The translations under genes were made by a program, and so were the position numbers. A DNA stretch of 64,000 bases from Octopus vulgaris (lineage: Eukaryota): the NCBI GenBank assembly GCA_951406725.2, contig OX597814.1:183520001-183584000 (forward strand), given 5' to 3'. The notes beneath the pieces are model-generated. The model saw only the letters and a program-made list of their open reading frames with translations. It ran no database searches and had not been told where the DNA came from. Below, piece after piece: positions 1 through 13,715 of the stretch (its first letter is position 1; each line of letters starts with the position of its first letter).

Positions 1-420
1 TGTACTCGGCCAAATTAATGGCCTTAGACAAGTCACTAGCAATTAGTAGACGTATCATTCTGGAGACACAATGTTCTATTATCTTATCCCATATATATTT
101 TAGGTGTTTATTTATTCCTTTATTTTCCCTCTATTCTTTCGTTCTCTTCAATTCATTACATTTCTTGTCCAGTCTTTTTAATATGTGGTTTATTGCATGC
201 TTTCTTTTTGTTTTAACTGTGATATGTTAATGAAATGATAAGAAAATCTTCACCAAGGGATATATATTCTGTGAAATACTGCTTCATTCAGCAAATTGAT
301 TTTATACATAAACCTCACGAATCAATTTTTGCGGTATAGTTAGAATAGGACAGATACAATACCTTATTTCGCATATTAAATTATATTGTAGAAATAAGCT
401 TCTGGTAAACTGTTGATGGT

Positions 421-732
421 AGAGACACATGGGCTAGTGGTTAGAGAAACGGACTCGCAGTCGAGGGATCGCGGGTTCGAATCTTAGACCGGGCGATGTG
501 TGTGTTTATGAGCGAAACGCCTAAGTTCCACGCGGCTCCGGCGGAAGGTAATGGTGAACTTCTGCTGACTCTTTCGCCACAACTTTCACTCACTCATTCC
601 TCCTGCATCTTGCAGCGCACCTGCGACGGACCAGCGCCCTATCCAGGTGGGAAACCTATACGCCAAGGAAACCAGGAAACTGGCCCTGATGAGCCAGGCA
701 TGGCTCCAGAAGGAACAAACAAAACAAACAAA
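421..732 (+). mobile_element. tRNA-derived SINE, family A
   Basis: A-box-like TGGGCTAGTGG and B-box GGTTCGAATC head, AAAC-repeat tail; clear homologue on minus strand at 55344-55597. Confidence 0.8.
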
Positions 733-812
733 CTATTGATGAAACTATTCCAGAGTTATGCAATAAAATAAAATGTCACGCCATTCTCCTTGTTATTATC
801 TATATAAACATT

Positions 813-1030
813 AAGGCGGCAAGCCGGCAGAATCGCTGGCACAGCGAGCAAAATGCATAGCGGCATTTCGCCCGTCTTTACGTTCTGAGCTCAAATTCCG
901 CGTAGGTGTCAACGTTGCCTTCCATTATTTCAGAGTCGATAAAATAAGTAGCAGCTGTGTAATAGGGTCGATGTAATCAACTTACCACCGCCTCTGAACT
1001 TGCTGGCCTTGTGTCAAAATTTGAAATCAG
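813..1030 (+). mobile_element. SINE family C, diverged copy
   Basis: Aligns by eye with 4201-4430 and 16445-16675 (GGCGGCGAGCTGGCAGAA...CAAATTCCGCC...GGGTCGATGTAATC). Confidence 0.7.
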
Positions 1031-1175
1031 TATCTGTATAAACTCTGATATTTACAGGATTTTAGATATCAGTAAAGCGATCCACTTCCGTTTTATAATA
1101 GTATCTGACAGCCGATACCTGGGATCAGGCTTAAATAAAACAAACTCCAAGGTTAAAACCCAAATGAAATTGATA

Positions 1176-1228
<53 letters not shown>

Positions 1229-2248
1229 TCTTTTCCTTTACTTGTTTTAGTCATTTGACTGCAGCCATGCTGGAACAAAGTCTTGAAGAATTTTAGCCGA
1301 AGAAATGTACAATTCTGTAAAAATGGATACTGCTGTTGGTAAACATAGCAGTTTAAATATACTTAGATGATACTGTGTTTATAAACATACGCAACAAATC
1401 AGATGGCAAACTACAAAGGGGTTATATTTTTATCGATGACATGCGTAGGGCCTAACACGTGCTACCCTTGATCAACTCATAAGTTACCTAGTAGAGATCT
1501 ACCCAAAATATCATGTGACACTATATTTTAGTTTGGATAAAAACAAGAGTAAAAGTTTGTGGACCATGTTCTGAAATTTAAGAGGAGGGAATAGTCGTTA
1601 TTTGAACACTAAGAGTAAAGATATGTAATCAAGTAACGCATGATGTTTTGTCCAGCGGTCAACCGATTTTCCTAATCTACTGTTTTCACACTTAGAATAA
1701 TAGTTGCAACAACGATAAAAACAACAACAACGTCAGAGACAGCAAAGTGCTGATGTAACAGGATTTAATCTACTCTCTAATTCTAGCATTACTCATCGAA
1801 AAACTGAACTTAATCTTTGTATTGTTACTGTCAAAAATCAATCTCCAATGCATGAGTAATTGGTAGAGATGAACTTCTGTAAACTTTACTACCCTCCTTC
1901 GACTGTATTCAAAAGGAAAACAAAACAAACGGAACACGTGATTATTCTTTTGTAAAAAAAAAAATATTTTGCGCAGAGAAAAATATGTTACAGTTGATGG
2001 ATTGATCTCTTGTGTGGCTTCTTTAACAAAAGCAAAAATCATCTCGGTTGAATAATTATTGTAAAGTTATAAAACCGGTTGAAATTAATTATATTCTGTT
2101 GCACCAATGACCTTATATTTATATGTATCTCAACCAATCTTTAACATTTCTATGTTTGTTTCTCTGTCTCTGCCGCTGTCTCTCCTTTTCGTTCTATCTC
2201 TGTCTGGCTCACTCTCCCTTTCATCATATTCTTTTGCGCTCTCTCTCT

Positions 2249-2297
<49 letters not shown>

Positions 2298-4200
2298 TCA
2301 TCGACGGAAGCGATAATAACTCAGTAAACACTTCGTGAAGTAAATAACTTTAATGTTAAATTTGACGACGTAATGAAAATTTAATTCATGTTTCGATAGC
2401 CTAGTGATTTATACACTATAAATTAAGTAACGAACAAAACCATCATTCATATTTTTGTAAATATTTAAAGCGTGTGGCTTCTATAGATAACATGAAATAA
2501 TTGAAAATTAAATGAGATCCGCGAGTAATATCAACAAACTACCGAATGTAACAAGAAAATGGAGAATGGATGTCAGTTCCATGAGTTTTCACAGAAAAGG
2601 AACTAGCCATATGGGTTTTCATTTTGTTTATTACTGAGGGTTGCACGTTGATTAGGTTATGTGAAATTAACAGTAAAAGGACAAATTAGCATAACAACAA
2701 AACAAAGCAACAAAATATTAACATTACAAAGAAAAGGCTGTTGACAGGAAGTTTTGTTGTTGGTTTCGGATTTATTAAGCAACCATAAGCGCTTTTGAAC
2801 TGGGGACGATTTTTGTCTTTATCGGTTAATTGTCTTTATCCGTAAATTGGGAGCTGGACACAAGGTGTATATATTTCTACTGTTCGGAGATAGTAAATAT
2901 TACTTCTGCTGAATCAAGTCTTCGCTGTTCAAAGTGGAGTATTTTTCTTGAATCAAATGCGCTGCCTTAGTCCGGCGGTTTAAAGCATATTTGTGTCTGG
3001 TTAACATGTATTTGTATAATTCATTAGCATGTTAATATATAATTCATCGGCATTTTAGATTATCCTATCTTAGAATCGACGGGGCTTCGGTAAGTTGGGA
3101 TTCCATTGTACGTTGGGCTGCTTCCTTTCAGGTTGTACTATTGTATAACCTGAACATATAAATAATGTAGAAATATAGAAGGAAACATAGGCCATGTTTG
3201 AGCAGGCGTGCTGTAAATTTCTCTGGGTTTTTTTCCGCCGCTGTTGAACTAATTATCCAGCTTTCATATTTCACTTTTATTGGAAAAAAAAAAAAAAATT
3301 ACTAACACTACCTTGGCTTTCATACGCACTGCAATTTCAATATTCTAAATTAACCATCATAATGTGTTTAGATTATAGTCTTACAACTACATGAAGTTGA
3401 TGTTTTTTTTCATATTTTTCCAGTAAAAGAAGTCCCTTAAAACTCAACGATTTGATTGGCATTCTAGCACTTGTAATTGGAGATGACATATTAATTACCA
3501 GGTAGAGCATGTGTTCAATTGCAGATACTATGTTCTAACGTAAAAGCCAATTTCCTCTTTGCTCTTCTTGTAGAGCAAATCTCCGAGCGAACCGGTCGAT
3601 AATATTATAGATACGGATATATTTTATTTTATTAATACAAAAACGCTATTTTATTATTTCCAATGATGTCAAGCTGGAAAATAAGAGTAAATAAATACAG
3701 ATGCAATAAAAAACGATGATTAGGCAAAAAATTTGAGTTACCTAACATTCTTTGGTTGAGTAAGTACGGATGACAATTCCAAATGTATTAGTCATCGCCG
3801 TGACTTGCTGGAAATATACAGACAAACTCACTACATTTAAGTGTTCTTTCATATGCGTGGAACCGGAAAAAAATTATTAATGGCTTAATTACAAATGGTT
3901 ACTGTGCAAATACGTCAGTAATAAAAGCATTCGGTGATCATTTGCAATATTTTCAATATAGGTCATGAGGGAAAATACTAGCAGTTAGCTAATATTATTC
4001 TTTAGTCAAACAAGCAAGGGAGACGATCATTATTGCTGTTGACTCTATTAGGACTCCTCAGTGGATCCACAGACTTCGCAAAGCCGGTTGAACTTGCAGA
4101 AACTAGCTTACTTTAGATAAACGCTTGTATGAAAACACTGAATGACAATAGACAAGGAAAATAATTGATAACTTCATTAGTTGTGCCGACTATATATTTC

Positions 4201-4432
4201 AGCGGTGAGCTTGCAGAAACGTTAGCACGCCAGGCGAAATGCTCAGCAGTATTTCGTCTGCCGCCACGTTCTGAGTACAAATTCCGCCGAAGTCGTCTTT
4301 GCCTTTCATCCTTTCGGGGTCGATTAAATAAGTACCAGTTACGCACTGGGGTCGATGTAATCGACTTAATCCATTTTTTCTGTCTTTGTTTGTCTTCTCT
4401 GTGTTTGGCCCCTTGTGGGTAGTAAAGAAATA
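4201..4432 (+). mobile_element. SINE family C
   Basis: Closely similar to 16445-16675 (+) and 56125-56352 (-). Confidence 0.8.
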
Positions 4433-5849
4433 TATATATATTTCAGCAATAACAATATAGATTATATGATTTTTAATGTCTTTAACATCAGATCTATCTG
4501 TCTCAGAACACTGTGGACAACAATGACTTAGATTGTGTACTCTAGGAGGCACTTCAATCTTTCGTTTCGCTATTTTTGCGGCCGTGGAAGGAAACGTTAG
4601 ACAAATACAGTATCTGTTCTTTAGATGCAATTTCTGTTACTTTCTGGTAACTTGTCACGTTATTGTCTATATCATTAAAGCTGTTCTCAAATTTTCTTTA
4701 TTGCACGTCTAACGATGTTTCATTCCTTGAGAAACGCGTGATGTGTACTGATGACATTTTGATATTTGTCGCTATTATAATTAGTCAACATTTCTCTCGT
4801 TTTTCTACGATTCTCAATCCAAGGGTAGAATTGAGAAATCTAATTATACAGAGTTGATATCTAGCTATGTGCCTGTTGGATGTAAAATTTCTAGATCACC
4901 GATGCTTTATTTTTTTTTGTGTTTGTATGTAATTTCTGTTGTATCTTATGTTTGTAAATAATAGCTTCGTTGGTTAGAAGTTTCTAACGTGTCAATCATT
5001 ACGGAATTGCATATCTGATAGCAAGAGCAACAAAGTAGTATCTAACATACTCGAGCAAAAAAAAATATATATACTAATATGTTTTTTTTTGTCAAACGCG
5101 CCGATTATCTTATTTCAGTAAATATTTATAACTTCTGATATACATCAGTTAAAAATATACACAGAAATATTTATGCTTACGAGACGGGTTACTGAACAGT
5201 ATTTTGTCCCAAATTTCACTTAAAAGACAGTGGTAAACTGAAGTTATAACTGAAGAGATTTGACCAAAGTATGGCACACCGAATGAAATTCGGAAGCAAA
5301 AGTCCATATGCGATATTGATAACCATCCAGTCATGCTTGTTCTCATTGTTTCCTATTTCTCGCGACTTTCAAGTGAACTTATGTGTACAGTAGCTTGTCT
5401 GGGCAACCAAACAAGAACTCTTTACAATTTCTGCTTTGGTTGTTACTGCTTCACTTGTAAATGATATTTCTGTATTTTGTTATATATATATATATAGTGA
5501 GAGAGAGAGAAAGAGGTAAGAGGAAAAATACAGATTTGTTTTACAGGATTTGAGTGTATATTAGAGTCATGATAATAAAGTTATCAAACAATGTTCAAAA
5601 TAAGGTTTTGTTCTTTCAACATAATTGAAGTAAGGACCGTTTTTGCATTTCTCTTCAAAGTGAGAGTTGAAAAGATAAATTGCTAGGGGGAAAAAATAAT
5701 GCTAGGGGAGATAATTGTTCACTCATTTATTTTGCAGTAAAGGGGAGGTAAATCTGTAATTTTTAATTTTTGTTTTCTTTTGTGCTTTCTGCATTATAAT
5801 TGCTTATATCTTCCATTAGATGGGGTAAGTCCTCTATTTTTAATATGGT

Positions 5850-6612
5850 TCCATATATAATTCTGGTTTATAATTTTGGATAAATGAGGCTTCTTTATTT
5901 AGTCTTACTTCTGTTAAGGTCCAAAAGGCAAGTTGATAAAATGGGAAAATTTCGAATTATGGTAGTAATGGTTCTGCACATTCGTCAATGCGTTGACTGA
6001 GGTATATTTAGCGATATTGTGAGGAGGAAATTTGTTGTCTCTGGACCGTACATCTCTTTCGGATCGAAATTCGTTTTGAACCAATATAATTGTGATGGCA
6101 GTTCGAGTGTCTGATTACGTAAATGGGGCTCTGGGAGGCGCAAGTGAAGTTAGATTTCATCTTGAATATTTGTCATTGCCTGAAATGGAATTCCGATCCT
6201 TCCAAAGGATTGGGACATATTCCACAATTACACTGACCACACTTTACGACTCTTGCGTCCGTTTTTGTAGAGAATAGTTTGGCATTGGTGAGAATTTTTT
6301 CAATATTTTAGGTAATTTGCTGGTGTTAATGATTTTATGGTTAATTAGAATCTTCTTATTTTGGGGTCCCTACAGAGTACTTGAAGATTCTGGACGATGA
6401 TATTGGATGCTTCTTTGTTTCTGGGGTTCTATGTGGAGATATAAAGCAGTGCTTTGAGGGTAGATATGTTTTTGTGTTTGGCTTTTCTTATTGTTTTAAT
6501 ATTAATCGGATTTTCACGTTTAATTCCATCATTTATGAGTTGGGTAGTGCCTGTCCTGAAGTACATTTTTAAGCACTTGCAGTCTTAGTTCTCTGGTATT
6601 TTTTCCGGATAC
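5850..6612 (-). pseudogene. Decayed Penelope-like element, linker + GIY-YIG endonuclease
   Basis: Manual minus-strand translation: KCGQCNCGICP...FTCASQSPIYVIRHSNCHHNYIGSKRISIRKRCTVQRQQI...FEIFPFYQL...RLNKEASFIQNYKPEL, with stops and frameshifts. Confidence 0.8.
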
Positions 6613-6622
6613 TATGGTGCCC

Positions 6623-6695
6623 GTGGGCATATGGCGTAGTGGTTAAGAGCGCGGGCTACTAACCCCAAGATTCCGAGTTCGATTCCAGGCACTGA

Positions 6696-6726
<31 letters not shown>

Positions 6727-6935
6727 GATAATAATAATAATAATAATAATAATGATAATAACATCGAAAAGTACCTTAGGAATGAGGACCCAGGTTCAAA
6801 ATTTCCTCAAGACATCTGATGAAGGCTGGAGGGTATATCAGCTGAAACGCTGTATTAACTACAAACAAGATGAGGACAAATATCCGTCAAATGTAAATAA
6901 TGTACATAATTCCTCTTCTCTTAAATATAGAACTG

Positions 6936-6938
<3 letters not shown>
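6623..6938 (+). mobile_element. SINE-like element (family B): tRNA-like head, (AAT)n, hammerhead-containing tail
   Basis: A box TGGCGTAGTGG at 6632 and B box GAGTTCGATTCC at 6675; (AAT)n 6700-6760; tail 6762-6905 repeated at 19916-20058; ends at (TA)n. Confidence 0.75.
6811..6856 (+). ncRNA. Minimal hammerhead ribozyme motif (degenerate copy)
   Basis: gacat-CTGATGA-a-ggctgg-agggtata-tcagct-GAAA-cg-ct-gtatt; U16.1 is C in this copy. Confidence 0.6.
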
Positions 6939-6994
<56 letters not shown>

Positions 6995-7488
6995 TGTGTG
7001 TGTGTGTGTATGTGTGTGTGTATGTGTATATAACTCGCAACCAATAGATTAAGTACTTTTACGTCTCCCTTACAATAAAAATAAGGTAGAAAATGTGCCA
7101 TATGCTAAGTACTTAAGTCAGGTTGATTAAATGAAATTGCCAAGATGCTCTATGAAAAAATGCATATACAGGATAGACTGCATTGAGCCGAAACAAAAGC
7201 TAAAACGTCAGACAAACTTTTTTGTAGACGTTTTGTAATGGACCTTAGGCTAAAAGGCTTAAATCATTATACTTCCTTAGTTTTAACAACACGATGAGCA
7301 GAAGGTAATAAAAAAAAGATATTGAAGGAAAGTAAAAAAGAACGAACCGGGAGATAATTGCGGAGAATATTGGTCTGAACCATGATACTTATACCATCAA
7401 AGTTGTTTTCCAAACTGGCGTCATTTGAGTACTTGGAAGTCTAGACAATTTTAGCTATACAATCATGTGGGTATGTATGTATGTATGC

Positions 7489-7535
<47 letters not shown>

Positions 7536-7595
7536 TATATACATACACATACATACTTTCTAACACGCATACACTCATATTACGGATATGCGTAC

Positions 7596-7671
<76 letters not shown>

Positions 7672-7833
7672 GTCTGTGCGTGTGTATGCGTGTTTGTGCG
7701 CGCGTTTGTGAGTGTGTATGCGTGTTTGTGCGCGCGTGTGTATGTCTATCGTTTTGAAACATTGTACGTGTATGAGTTTAACACGGTTGAAATGTAAATT
7801 AAGAATAGGTAAACAACTGATAGGAGAGAGAGG

Positions 7834-7891
<58 letters not shown>

Positions 7892-8705
7892 GAGATAGGT
7901 CAGAGAGCGACAGACAGAAAGGGAGAGAGAGAGGAAAGACGATGAGGACATACACAAAAAGGAAAGGAAAAAGGAACGAAACTACACGAGAAAAGACTAA
8001 AACAATAAGTTTTAGGGGAAAATTTTAATTACCAGTGAAGCTGAAGTCAAGAAATCATCTGGATAACTCGTTTTAATTAACTTGGGCGTGGCCGACCGTT
8101 AGTAAACTGGTGAACATAATGATAGGTTTGTTGAAGGTGGGTAATGGCTGGTATATATTACTATGCTAAGTTCTGCTATGTATGAAGTCACTGCTTCCCC
8201 AGGAATCGGCTACTTGTTTCCTTAAATGTTGCAATAGATATAACATTTAAAGTTCATTATGAAATATAATTAACACGCCGGTGTATCGTTAAGATTCCTA
8301 ACATGGCCAGAAGGGTACAGTTTCTTTCTTTCTTTTTTTTTCCTGCCAATGGCTGGTGGTGATTTGTCACAAGTGTTTGAATATCCCCAACCACATCACA
8401 TCAACTCCAGATGAATGAGAACTAAAGTCGACCTTGGCGTGTTTTGAACACAGAATATAAATAAACGGGGGTGAATATCAAAACCCTGTCCCCCAATTTC
8501 TCTCTCTTTCAACCGTTGAAATCAGAGTTTGTTGTCACTGTAGGATTTCTACCACTGCGTTCATATTTTAGTTTCAGTATTCAACCAAAAAGGCAACAGT
8601 TCATCTCGCACGCACGCACGCACACATACACACACACGCACTCACACAAAGACACATATATGTATATATATGTATATATAAATACCTATCTATCTATGTG
8701 TGTGT

Positions 8706-8750
<45 letters not shown>

Positions 8751-8812
8751 CACATACATATATATATATACATGCATACATATATGTATATCTTTGTGTG
8801 TGTGTGTGCATA

Positions 8813-8876
<64 letters not shown>

Positions 8877-8885
8877 AATCTATCT

Positions 8886-8946
8886 AAATTAGACATGGCC
8901 TGGACCAATCTTTGGTCGAAACATATCTAAGTTTATCTAAGTTTAT
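8886..8946 (+). mobile_element. Extreme 3' end fragment of the CR1/L2-group LINE
   Basis: TTAGACATGGCCTGGACCAATCTTTGGTCGAAAC + (TATCTAAGTT)2 tail matches the 3' end at 28341-28396. Confidence 0.75.
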
Positions 8947-9132
8947 ATGTACATACATACATAAGTATATATATATATATATGTACATATATACATAAGT
9001 ATATATATATATGTACATATATACATAAGTATATATATATGTACATATATACATAAGTATATATATATATATATACATATATACATAAGTATATATATAT
9101 ATATATATACATATATACATAAGTAAATATAT

Positions 9133-9782
9133 ATGTGCCATACTAATACACACACCAACTAATACATACTAATACGTACTAATACATACTAGTACATACT
9201 AATACTTACACCAACCCTATACATACACACGTCCAGACCCCGCATACGCACTTATACTCTCTCACACACACACACACACCTATATATACCAATACGTACT
9301 AATACATACTAATACATACTAATACATACACCAACCCCATACATACGCACGTCCAGACCAATCTTACGCACTAATACTCTCTCATACACACACACACACA
9401 CACACACCCTTATACATACTAATACATACACCAACCCTATACATACACACATCCAGACCCCTCCCACGCACTTTTAGCTGGTCCCTCAACCCATTTATCA
9501 ACCCTATTATCTCCCCTTATTTCGCTCTCGCGTCTCATGTTTGATCTTTGACCTCTGGCCGAAATCAGATCGCCATGTTGATTCGTTAGCTACTGCACGC
9601 ATTTTTTTTCTCTCCTTTCTGTGTTTTTCTCTCTCTGTGTATCTTTCTGTTGAAGAGCGTAGGCTCGAAACGTTAAAGACTTGTTTTATTTATATTTCCT
9701 GAGCGCCATACTAATACAATTGTTCGTTTGTTTTCCACCTGCCTTCGTCTTTTGTTTATTTTCATAAAGCTTCCCGTTATAT
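9133..9782 (+). repeat. 5' pseudo-LTR of the Penelope-like element
   Basis: Direct repeat of 13702-14354; differences are mainly microsatellite length and one small indel. Confidence 0.92.
9642..9679 (+). ncRNA. Minimal hammerhead ribozyme variant (CUGUUGAA core) in pseudo-LTR
   Basis: tcttt-CTGTTGAA-gagc-gtag-gctc-GAAA-cg-TT-aaaga: helix I tcttt/aaaga, helix II gagc/gctc, palindromic aacgtt in place of helix III. Confidence 0.7.
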
Positions 9783-10441
9783 ATTATGCGCTCACGTGGT
9801 CTCACTTTCATCCTATATTCTACCAATACCACTATCAACACTTACCTCTACCTTGGATTTTCTTTACCTCTTGGATACTTACCATTGGCTGCACCTCTCT
9901 TTCGCGGATCAAAGTGACTTTGCATTGATGTGAAATCCTTAAAAAATATACCACGACGTCTACACATTTCTCACCTTGAACTTTCAACCTTGAACTTGTT
10001 CGCATAAACTGTCCCGTTTGTTGTATTTTTATTTCTTCTTATATTACCACTTTTTTTACATTCATTTCATGCTTCCCACATTTTCCTGAATTTTTGTTCT
10101 CCTTTCCGTCTTTCTTCCCTCTCTGGATGTCCATACTCCGTTTCCTCTGCCTGCACCCCCCTTTTTTTGCCTCCCCCTCTCTCTGCTTCCCTTCTTTCTT
10201 TCCCTTTTTCGTTTGCCCCGTCTTTTCTGCCCCTATCGCTTACTTATCTAGTTTTTTCATACGATTATTATTTTTTTATTATTTTTTTGTTTTTTTATTA
10301 TTTTTTAATTATTTTTTTGTTTTTTTGAACGTTTGTTTTTTCCCCTTTTTTCGCTATCCTTTTTTTCTATTTTTTTCATACGATAATTTTTGTTTTTTGT
10401 TTTTTTTGTTTTTTCGAACGTTTTTTTTCCGCTATCCCATC

Positions 10442-13400
10442 ATGCCGGATCCTAGGTCCTACCTTCTCACCCTCCATCACCGTTTGAAGGATCATCTACG
10501 TTCGCTTCCTGTATATTGCCTTCAGCCGTCCGTTAATCTCTCTCTACTTCTTTTTAAAAAAACCCGCTTCTCTAGCCATGTCTCTTTCCTAAGCCGCTGC
10601 CTACATCACCGACTCATCCCTAAAGGTTTCCGCCTCCACTTCCACCCTGCTCTCCACTCGGATTCTTCCATCTTACCCATACTCCGCACCACATCTTACC
10701 GCCTTATGCGGGCCACCATTCGCTCCAATCTCTCCAAACTACATGCCATCAACCGCCTTCTTCCTCCTGCTTTCTCCACCTTCTTCTCCTCTCTGCCGCC
10801 TCTCTATGCTCCAAACACGCTACGCTTCATTATCCATTTGAATCAACTCTTCCATCAATTTCTTTCTGATACCAAACTTCGTAAACTCCAATCACTCTTC
10901 CATTCCACCCTACCCGACGCCACTACCCCAACTCCTCCACCACCCTTCTCCCCTCCCGATAGGCTCCATCCACCCACACCTAACCCCACTGCCCCTCCCT
11001 ACAACCCCTTCTCCCCTCCCGTTAGGCTCCATCCACCTACACCTAACCCTACTGCCCCGCCCAACCACCCCCACACACCTCTCCAATCCCTCCCCCTCAG
11101 ACCTCCCCGAGACCTACCACCCCTCCTACTTCTATTCCATCCACCCCTTCTCCACTTCCGTCTGTTGTTACCATTCCCCCCGATCTTCCCCTCTCTGCGG
11201 CTGAACGCTCCGTCCTTGGTAGGGGTCTGCGTTTCATCCCCCTCACTCCATCCTGTAAGGAATTCCAGACGCGAGTTGATGTCCACAGCTTTGTGCGCCG
11301 TGTCCGGTTGGGTGCGCATTACCACGACTCGCCACCCACACCCAACGAAGAGGACGACTGCTTCACTGGCCTGGGCCGCCGACCATCCCCGTGGACGCCT
11401 GCCCCTGGCCAGATCCTAGCAGTGGATCTTTTCGCGGGCGCTTGTCAGCGTGCATTGGAGCGGTTCAACTTCTCCAGGCGCCAACGCCGCCTCAACATCT
11501 CCCCGGCTGAGCTCTTGGCTCTTCGTTCCCTCCAACGGCGCGCTGACATTATCATCAAACCGGCTGACAAGGGTGGAGCTGTAGTGGTGTGGCGCGCGGA
11601 CCTCTATAGGGCCGAGGCTTTCCGCCAACTCAATGACACCTCCTTCTATTCCCCTCTGCCCTCTAACCCCACACGTAGCTACCAACAGACGGTATCCTCT
11701 ACTGTCCAAGACCTCATCTCGTCCTCCCGTCTCCCCCGCACCGCATCCAACCTAATTGTGCGAACCCCACGTACCCCCACCATTTACTTCCTCCCCAAAA
11801 TCCACAAACCCAACAACCCTGGCCGCCCCATCGTCTCCGCCTGTAACTGCCCCACGGAGCTCATCTCTAAATACCTCGACCGTGTCCTTGCCCCCTAGTG
11901 GCATCTCTTCCCTCCCACATCCACGATACCAACCATGCTCTCCGGCTTTTCAACTCTTTCTCCTTTCCTCCCGGCTCCTCCAAAATCCTTTTTACTATGG
12001 ACATCCAAAGCCTCTATACTGTTATCCCTCACCACGAAGGACTGCAGGCCCTTCGACACTTTCTTGACCTCCGCTCTAACCCTGTACCTGACACCTCCAC
12101 ACTCATTCGTCTGGCCGAACTTGTCCTTACTCTGAACTGCTTCTCGTTCGCGGGCGAGTTCTACCATCAGGTCTCGGGAGTGGCCATGGGAACGCGAATG
12201 GGCCCCAACTATGCGAACCTGTTCGTTGGCTATGTTGAGGCCCAAATATTCTCTAATTTCACTGGTCCCACTCCTGAACTATATGGTCGTTATATTGACG
12301 ACATTATCGGTGCCACCTCACTCTCCCGCGAACATCTAGATTCCTTCCTCTCTTTCGTCCAATCTTTCCATCCAGCCCTCCACTTCACTTCCACTATCTC
12401 CAACACCTCTGTCTCCTTCCTCGATATTTCGGTTAGCATTCTTCACTCCACTCTTACCACCTCCATTCACTACAAACACACAGACTCACACTCATACCTC
12501 AACTTCTCTTCCTCCCACCCAGAACACACCAAGCTTTCCATCCCCTATTCCCAATTCCTCCGTCTACGTAGGCTCTGTAGTGACGACCATGACTTTGAGA
12601 CTCAGTCTCAACGTATGGCTCACCACTTCACCCTACGTGGATACCCCCTCACCACTATCCACACCGCCCTTGCCAGAGCACGGTCCGTGGACCGTGTATC
12701 TGCTCTCTCTCCCCGAACCCGCCCTGTAGTCTCCCGCCTCCCTTTTCCCCTCACTTACCACCCCACGACCCTACGTCTCCAACGCACCATTCTTCGAGCT
12801 TTCCGTCATCTCCAGTCCGACCCGTCCACTTCACACCTCTTCCCTAACCGACCCCTCCCCTCTTTCAAACGAGCCCACAACCTTCGAGACCTTTTGGTCC
12901 ATAGCTCCTTCCCTGACCCTACCTCCCAACCCGGCTCGTTCCCCTGCTCCCGCCCACGTTGCCGCACTTGCCCTTACCTCTCCAACACCACCCGCCTCAC
13001 TAGCACCCACCATCGACCCTATCCCATCATCCACTCCTTCACCTGCACCTCCAGCAATATTATCTATTGCATCTCTTGCTCTCTCTGCAATTCCTTGTAC
13101 ATCGGACAAACGGGACGCCGCTTGGCTGACCGGTTCGCGGAACACCTTCGTGACATCCACCTTGCGAACGACACACCGGTCTCACGCCATTTCCGCTCCA
13201 CCGGTCACTCCTTGCAACACCTATCTGTGTTCGGTTTGTCCTTACACAGAGGCCATCCGGATTCCCGTTTGCGCCGTGAACAGGAATTAATCTTCTCTCT
13301 TCGCTCTTATACGCCATTTGGTCTCAACTCTCCCCCCTCCTCATCTAACCCCCCTCTCCCCCTCCTCACCTATCCTTTCTCCCCCGACCCCTACTTCTTC

Positions 13401-13715
13401 AGTCCTTCATCCTTTCACCCCTACTCCCCTTCCCTTCTTCCCTCTTTCTCCCTCCCTCTTCCCCTTCCCTCTGCTCCCTCACTCCCTCTCTCCCTTCTCT
13501 CTCCCCTTCTCTCTCCCCCTCTCCCTCTTTCCTCCTTCATCCCCCTCATCCCCTTCCTTCTCCCCCATCCTCTCCTCTCCCCCTTCTCCTCCCCCTCTTC
13601 TTCCCCTCCCCTTCTCTCCCCCTCTTCTCCCCTCCCCTCTTCTCCCCCTCCCCCTCTTCTCCTCACTACACCACATGACTTTACACATCACATCACATAT
13701 GATGTGCCATACTAA
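10442..13715 (+). CDS. Penelope-like reverse transcriptase + GIY-YIG endonuclease, split by two frameshifts
   Basis: IIIKPADKGGAVVVW, YFLPKIHKP..GRPIVS, MDIQSLYT, GVAMGTRMGPNYANLF, RYIDDI, Cys linker CSRPRCRTC, IIYCISC..C..LYIGQTGRRL..RF.EH; frameshifts in the C-rich region near 11050-11100 and at the C-run near 11895; start codon inferred. Confidence 0.9.

Noticed and set aside
676-712. CTGATGA followed by the gagcc/ggctc hairpin in the SINE A tail
   Set aside because: No GAAA after the stem; more likely an ordinary LINE-derived tail hairpin.
2340-3270. Possible ancient PLE remnant on the minus strand
   Set aside because: Could not recover diagnostic RT or GIY-YIG motifs by manual translation.
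6623-6697. Possible tRNA gene
   Set aside because: A/B boxes are present but there is no proper acceptor stem; treated as a SINE head. The same applies to 421-495.
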